Both the position numbers and the translations under genes were made by a program. The notes below the pieces were generated by a model. It was not told where the DNA came from and ran no database searches. It worked only from the letters and a program-made list of their open reading frames with translations. Positions 59,369-64,000 of a DNA stretch of 64,000 nucleotides are shown piece by piece (positions within the stretch are counted from its first letter, which is position 1; each line of letters opens with the position of its first letter). The DNA is from Squalus acanthias (Eukaryota): the NCBI GenBank assembly GCA_030390025.1, contig CM059433.1, positions 16,494,001 through 16,558,000 of the forward strand, in the 5' to 3' direction.

Positions 59369-61663
59369 CTCTTGTTCTGGTGTAGCTGTAGCAACGTTGT
59401 ATCTTTCTCCCCAACAGTAGTGGGCTCCCTCTTGGTGCTGGAGGTCCTGCTGGGAATCCACCATGCATAACTAATAACTCCTGAGCCAGGAAAATGGGTC
59501 ACAGCGGGGTCAGAACCATGAGTTGAAATCCTGCCCTAACTCTCCCTGGAAACCCACCCTGGAAGAAAATCCAGGCCTGCACCTCGAACCAATTATCACT
59601 GCAAATCAAAATAATGGAGTGTTTAATTGAATATAAACACACACTTCAGTTGGACATAAATACATAGTACACCTTGGTTTAAAGACACAGTGTAGGATGC
59701 TGTAAAATACACAGCACAAATTGATACAATTACGCAGTACAAGCCACAGTAAACATTCAATATAAATTGACATAAAGACAGTACGTCATTTTAAACACCA
59801 GCAGAATACAGATGAAACAAGGATAGCAAACATGTAGAGGCCTGATTGAGTTACAGACATCATAAATTACAGACAAGGGTATTTGCAATGCTCTGAGACT
59901 GTATTAGGCGGGATTAAGTCGGAAGCCGAGGCAGTTGAAGTAAATGGCCCTTTGTTATTATGAACTCAATGTAAGCGATGAAAGTCAAACATTTTCAGGT
60001 AGAGATTTGAAAAGTGTATGAAAAAAAGTAAAAGTTCTCCATTCTAACTCTGGATTCTGACTGGTGCATGCCAACAAGGATCATGGCCCAGAAATGACTG
60101 TGTTTGATATTAACAGGCAAAAGCGCCTTGGGACGTTTTACTACGTTAAAGGCGCTATATAAATGCTAGTTGTTGTTGTATGACATTCCTTTGTCTACTA
60201 TTTTTAGCAGAGGCATTAACTCATTGAAAATAACTGTGCTAAATTAGCTAACAGAAGAACATCACATGTACGTATTAAGCACTCATCCACTCATATTGCT
60301 AGCAGTAATTTGTAGGATTACATAGTGGGAGGTTCCAAAGCGATAAATTAATTGTGAGGCCACTGCAGTATGTTATTCCTGTTCAGTCCGATGGATTTTC
60401 CACACAGTATGTAAGAATACTTAAGTTGCTTAAATTTACATTCCTGCGCAAAATGTAGGGAGAGAACTCACGTGATTTCTTGTCGGGGGAAGTGGGGTCA
60501 ATAGGCATAACACCTATACTGATCTTTACTCGGGAAAATGTACCCAAGCTTGTCAAAGCCCGAAGATCTGGTTAGCCAAACTGCTTGAGTCTCGATAAGT
60601 TCCAAATTGGGGCCTTTTTTATGCTGATATCTACAGGTTACAACAAGATATAGTGACATTTTCACTAGAATTCCAGGACATCAGTCTTCAGCAGGGGCTA
60701 GCTTTCAGCTAAAGATTGATGTACACAAAAGACAATGCACGGGTTCACTAATAAACAAAGCTCCTACGACAAATCCCATCCGAAAGGAATGCGATTTCTA
60801 CTGCAGGTGTGCTTACAAAGCCCCCCCCTGGCATTCAAGCGAGTAGTTTAGCGGAAATAAGTATTTTTTTTAGTCAACAGGTCATTTTTACAGCTTGCTG
60901 ATTTTACAACTGGTTGAGGATGACACTTGCGAAAAGTATTCAAACAAATCAGGTTCCCTGCCTTGGCAGATCACGCTGCTATATATGAGTGCTGATGTAA
61001 GATTCCAGTCCTACACATTCCAAACTTCTCTTGATCCTGTCTCACAATAGTAATGTTGTGCCAACCTTGAAATCCATCAACTGATAGAATCAGCAACTTG
61101 TTTCTGAAATTTGACTTGAACAAGGAGGCATGTATGAAGTTATGCAAGTGCAGTGAAAGATCACCAAAAATATTTGTACAATATGATTATAGAAAGAAAG
61201 AAGAAGAAAAACTTGCATTTATATAGTGTCTTTCACAACCCAGCAACTACAGGCCAGTAAGTTTAACCTCGGCAGTGGGGAAGCTTTTAGAAACGATAAT
61301 CAGGGACAAAGTTAACAGTCACTTGGACAAGTGTGGATTAATTAAGGAAAGCCAGCACGGATTTGTTAAAGGCAAATCATGTTTAACTAACTTGATCGAG
61401 ATTTTTGATGAGGTAACAGAGAGGGTTGATGAGGGCAATGCGGTTGATGTGGTGTACATGGACTTCGAAAGGCGTTTGATAAAGTGCCACATATTAGGCT
61501 TAGCCATGGAATAAAAGGGACAGTGGCAGCATGGATACGAAATTGGCTGAGTGACAGGAAACAGAGAGTAGTGCTGAATGGTTGTTTTTCGGATTGGAGG
61601 AAGGTACACAGTGCTGTTCCCCAGGGGTCGGTACTAGGACCATTGCTTTTCCTGATATATATT

Positions 61664-62424
61664 GGCCCAGAAATTGATCTCGCTCTGTTCCCGCGGGGGT
61701 AAGGCTTTCCCGCGATCTCTCACCTCGCTTGTGCTTTTTCAGATCCAGCTCGCACGAACTTCATGTTCTAGAGATCAGCTGGGCAGTGCTTGCGTATCCC
61801 AGCGGCGTAGTGAATTCGTGCGAGCTGTGGGATCACGTGACTCAGTTAGAGCCAATGGCAGCACACCATCTTCCATTCATAAGTTTCACATAGGTGCTGT
61901 GAAATCTATGAATCTTACACCCCCCAAAATAACAGCTAAACCTCAATTAAATTAAAAAAAAACCATCACATTAATAAAATCTCCACATCATTAATAAAAT
62001 AAGTATAGTTAATTAAATTAACCATTTTAAATAAAAAATTAAATTTTTGAAAAAATTTAAAATCTTTTAAAAAGTTATAAAAATAAACTTACCTGTCTTT
62101 AAAGTCTCTAAAAAAGATATACCTGTTAAAAAAAATTCAAAAAAATACTTAATTCACTACTTACCTTCTTAAAAGTGGGTCTTACTCCTCCTTTTTACAT
62201 TTCTAAAATCTTCAGTACTTACCTGCGCGTCCAAAGCATGAAGTGCAGAGCGTGCGCGCAGCCTGTAGCGCGCACGCGATGCACCGAGGAACCGCCCCCT
62301 TTTCAAAAGAGCAATTGCCAGTTTTCAGCGCATGCGCAGGGCATGCAGAAAACCGGCAATTGGAGTGGGAATACGCGAGAGTACGCAGTGCGTACTCTCG
62401 CGTCGCGGGATCAATTTCTGGGCC
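61664..62424 (+). mobile_element. Harbinger-type MITE family C
   Basis: TIR GGCCCAGAAATTGATC / GATCAATTTCTGGGCC; ATT TSD; splits the CR1 RT coding sequence. Confidence 0.93.
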
Positions 62425-62827
62425 ATTAATGACTTGGACTTGGGTGTACAGGGCACTATTTCAAAATTTGCAGATGACATAAAACTTGGAAGTATAGTGA
62501 ACAGTGAGGAGGATAGTGATAGACATCAAGAAGACATAGACAGGCTGGTGAAATGGGTGGACACGTGGCAGATGAAATTTAACGTAGAGAAGTGCAAAGT
62601 GATACATTTTGGTAGGAAGAATTAGGAGAGGCAATATAAACTAAAGAGTACAATCCTAAAGAGGGGTGCATGAACAGAGAGACCTGGGGGTATATGTACA
62701 CAAATCGTTGAAGGTAGCAGGGCAGGTTGAGAAAGTGGTTACAAAAGCATACGGGATCCTGGGCTTCATAAATAGAAATGAGAAGTCGCACAACACCAGG
62801 TTATAGTCCAACAGATTTATTTAAAAT

Positions 62828-62863
62828 TACAAGCTTTCGGAGCTGTCGCCCCTTCCTCAGGTA
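62828..62863 (-). ncRNA. Minimal hammerhead ribozyme motif
   Basis: TAC-CTGAGGA-A-GGGGC(gaca)GCTCC-GAAA-GCTT-GTA. Confidence 0.75.
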
Positions 62864-62872
62864 GAGTAACTC

Positions 62873-62908
62873 TATCTGAGGAAGGGGCAACAGCTCCGAA
62901 AGCTTGTA
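62873..62908 (+). ncRNA. Minimal hammerhead ribozyme motif
   Basis: TAT-CTGAGGA-A-GGGGC(aaca)GCTCC-GAAA-GCTT-GTA. Confidence 0.75.
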
Positions 62909-63617
62909 ATTTTAAATAAATCTGTTGGACTATAACCTGGTGTTGTGCGACTTCTCATTTTTGTCCACCCCAGTCCAACGCCGGCATCTCCACTTCATAA
63001 ATAGAGGCATAGGGTACAAAAGCAAGGAAGTTATGATGAACCTTTATAAAACACTGGTTTGGCCTCAACTGGAGTATTGGTCCAATTCTGGGCACCGCAC
63101 TTTAGGAAGGATGTGAAGGCCTTAGAGAGGGTGCAGAAAAGATTTATGAGAATGATTCCAGGGATGAGGGACTTCAGTTATGTGGATAGACTAGAGAAGC
63201 TGGGGTTGTTCTCCTTAGAGCAGAGATGGTTGAGAGGAGATTTGATAAATGTGTTCAAAATCATGAGGGGTCTGGGGAGAGAGTAGATAGAGAGAAACTG
63301 TTCCCATTGGCAGAAGGGCCGAGAACCAGAGGACACAGATTTAAGGTGATTGGCAAAAGAACCAAAGGCGACATAAGGAAAAACTTTTTTACGCAGCGAG
63401 TGGTTAGGATCTGGAATGCACTGCCTGAACGGGTGGTGGAGGCAGATTAAATCGTGGCTTTGAAAAGGGAGTTGGATAATTACCTGAAGGAAAAAAATTT
63501 GCAGGGCTACGGGGAAAGGGAGGGGGAGTGGGATTAGCTGAAGTGCTCTTGCAGAGAGCTGGCACGGGCTCGATGGGCCGAATGGCCTCCTGTGCTGTAA
63601 CCATTCTATGATTCACA

Positions 63618-64000
63618 GGGGGCAATTTTGCCAGCCCTGGGGAGGCGGGTATGGAGGCGGGACTGCCGGGAAAATGGCAGAATCTGGGGGCGGGTGCCAA
63701 ATCCACCCCCAACCCACCTCCGTGCCATCTTCCCAGGAGGCGGATTGCCGTCCCGCGCCGGGTCCCGTCTCCTTGGAGGCGGGAAGGGATTAAAGCCTGT
63801 TAACTGCCTGTTAACAGGTAGTTAACAGGCAGAAAATAGGTGAGTACTGGGTCTGCGGGGGTCGGAGGGGTGCAAAAGTGTGGTGTGAAGGTAAGTGATG
63901 GGTGCAAACGTGTAGAGGTGAGTGTCTGAGGTAAGTGCAAAGTGTTTTTAAAAGTGTACTTACCTTTGTTTCTTCCTGCAGGCTTCAGTCGGTTTGTATG
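63618..64000 (+). mobile_element. Harbinger-type element family E (runs off window)
   Basis: GGGGGCAATTTTGCCAGCCCTGGGGAGGCGGG; homologous to 46850-47290. Confidence 0.8.

Larger units (their letters stand above)
58251..59577. mobile_element. Old Harbinger-type MITE with nested SINE and RTE fragment
   Basis: Ends GGGCTGGACTTTTCT / AGAAAATCCAGGCC. Confidence 0.6.
62777..62992. mobile_element. Penelope-derived non-coding fold-back element (hammerhead in each arm)
   Basis: ~92-bp arms centred on 62868; TSD CTTCATAAATAGA (62764-62776, 62993-63005); homologous to 37218-37443. Confidence 0.9.
61240..63615 (+). mobile_element. CR1 LINE ORF2 3' part with two nested insertions
   Basis: NYRPVSLTS, QHGFVKGKSCLTNL, VPQGSVLGPLLFLIY[MITE]INDL, KFADD, TRGHRFK; tail. 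Confidence 0.93.

Overview
This is eukaryotic, repeat-dominated DNA, almost certainly from a shark or other elasmobranch. The evidence is an HE1-type V-SINE, DeuSINE/SacSINE1-type SINEs, HER1/CR1 and L2 LINEs, and shark-type Penelope pseudo-LTRs. I recognise no intact host gene, rRNA or tRNA; it looks like a large intron or intergenic tract with only a few weak candidate micro-exons. The window contains: (i) about 17 PIF/Harbinger-type MITEs in several families (GGG/GGCC-starting TIRs, 3-bp TSDs), plus four decayed Harbinger elements with transposase and/or Myb/SANT relics; (ii) many 5'-truncated CR1, L2, RTE and L1 fragments; (iii) a young, internally deleted CsRn1-clade Ty3/Gypsy element (657-aa gag-pro-RT ORF, tRNA-Trp PBS, 4-bp TSD) nested in a MITE; (iv) Penelope-like elements carrying minimal hammerhead ribozyme motifs, including two ~220-bp non-coding fold-back elements with a hammerhead in each arm; (v) a microhomology-bounded A-B-A...B templated duplication (18981-28554) whose donor copy preserves the empty sites of later insertions. 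Family names come from my recognition of motifs, not from database searches. Boundaries of old repeats are approximate.
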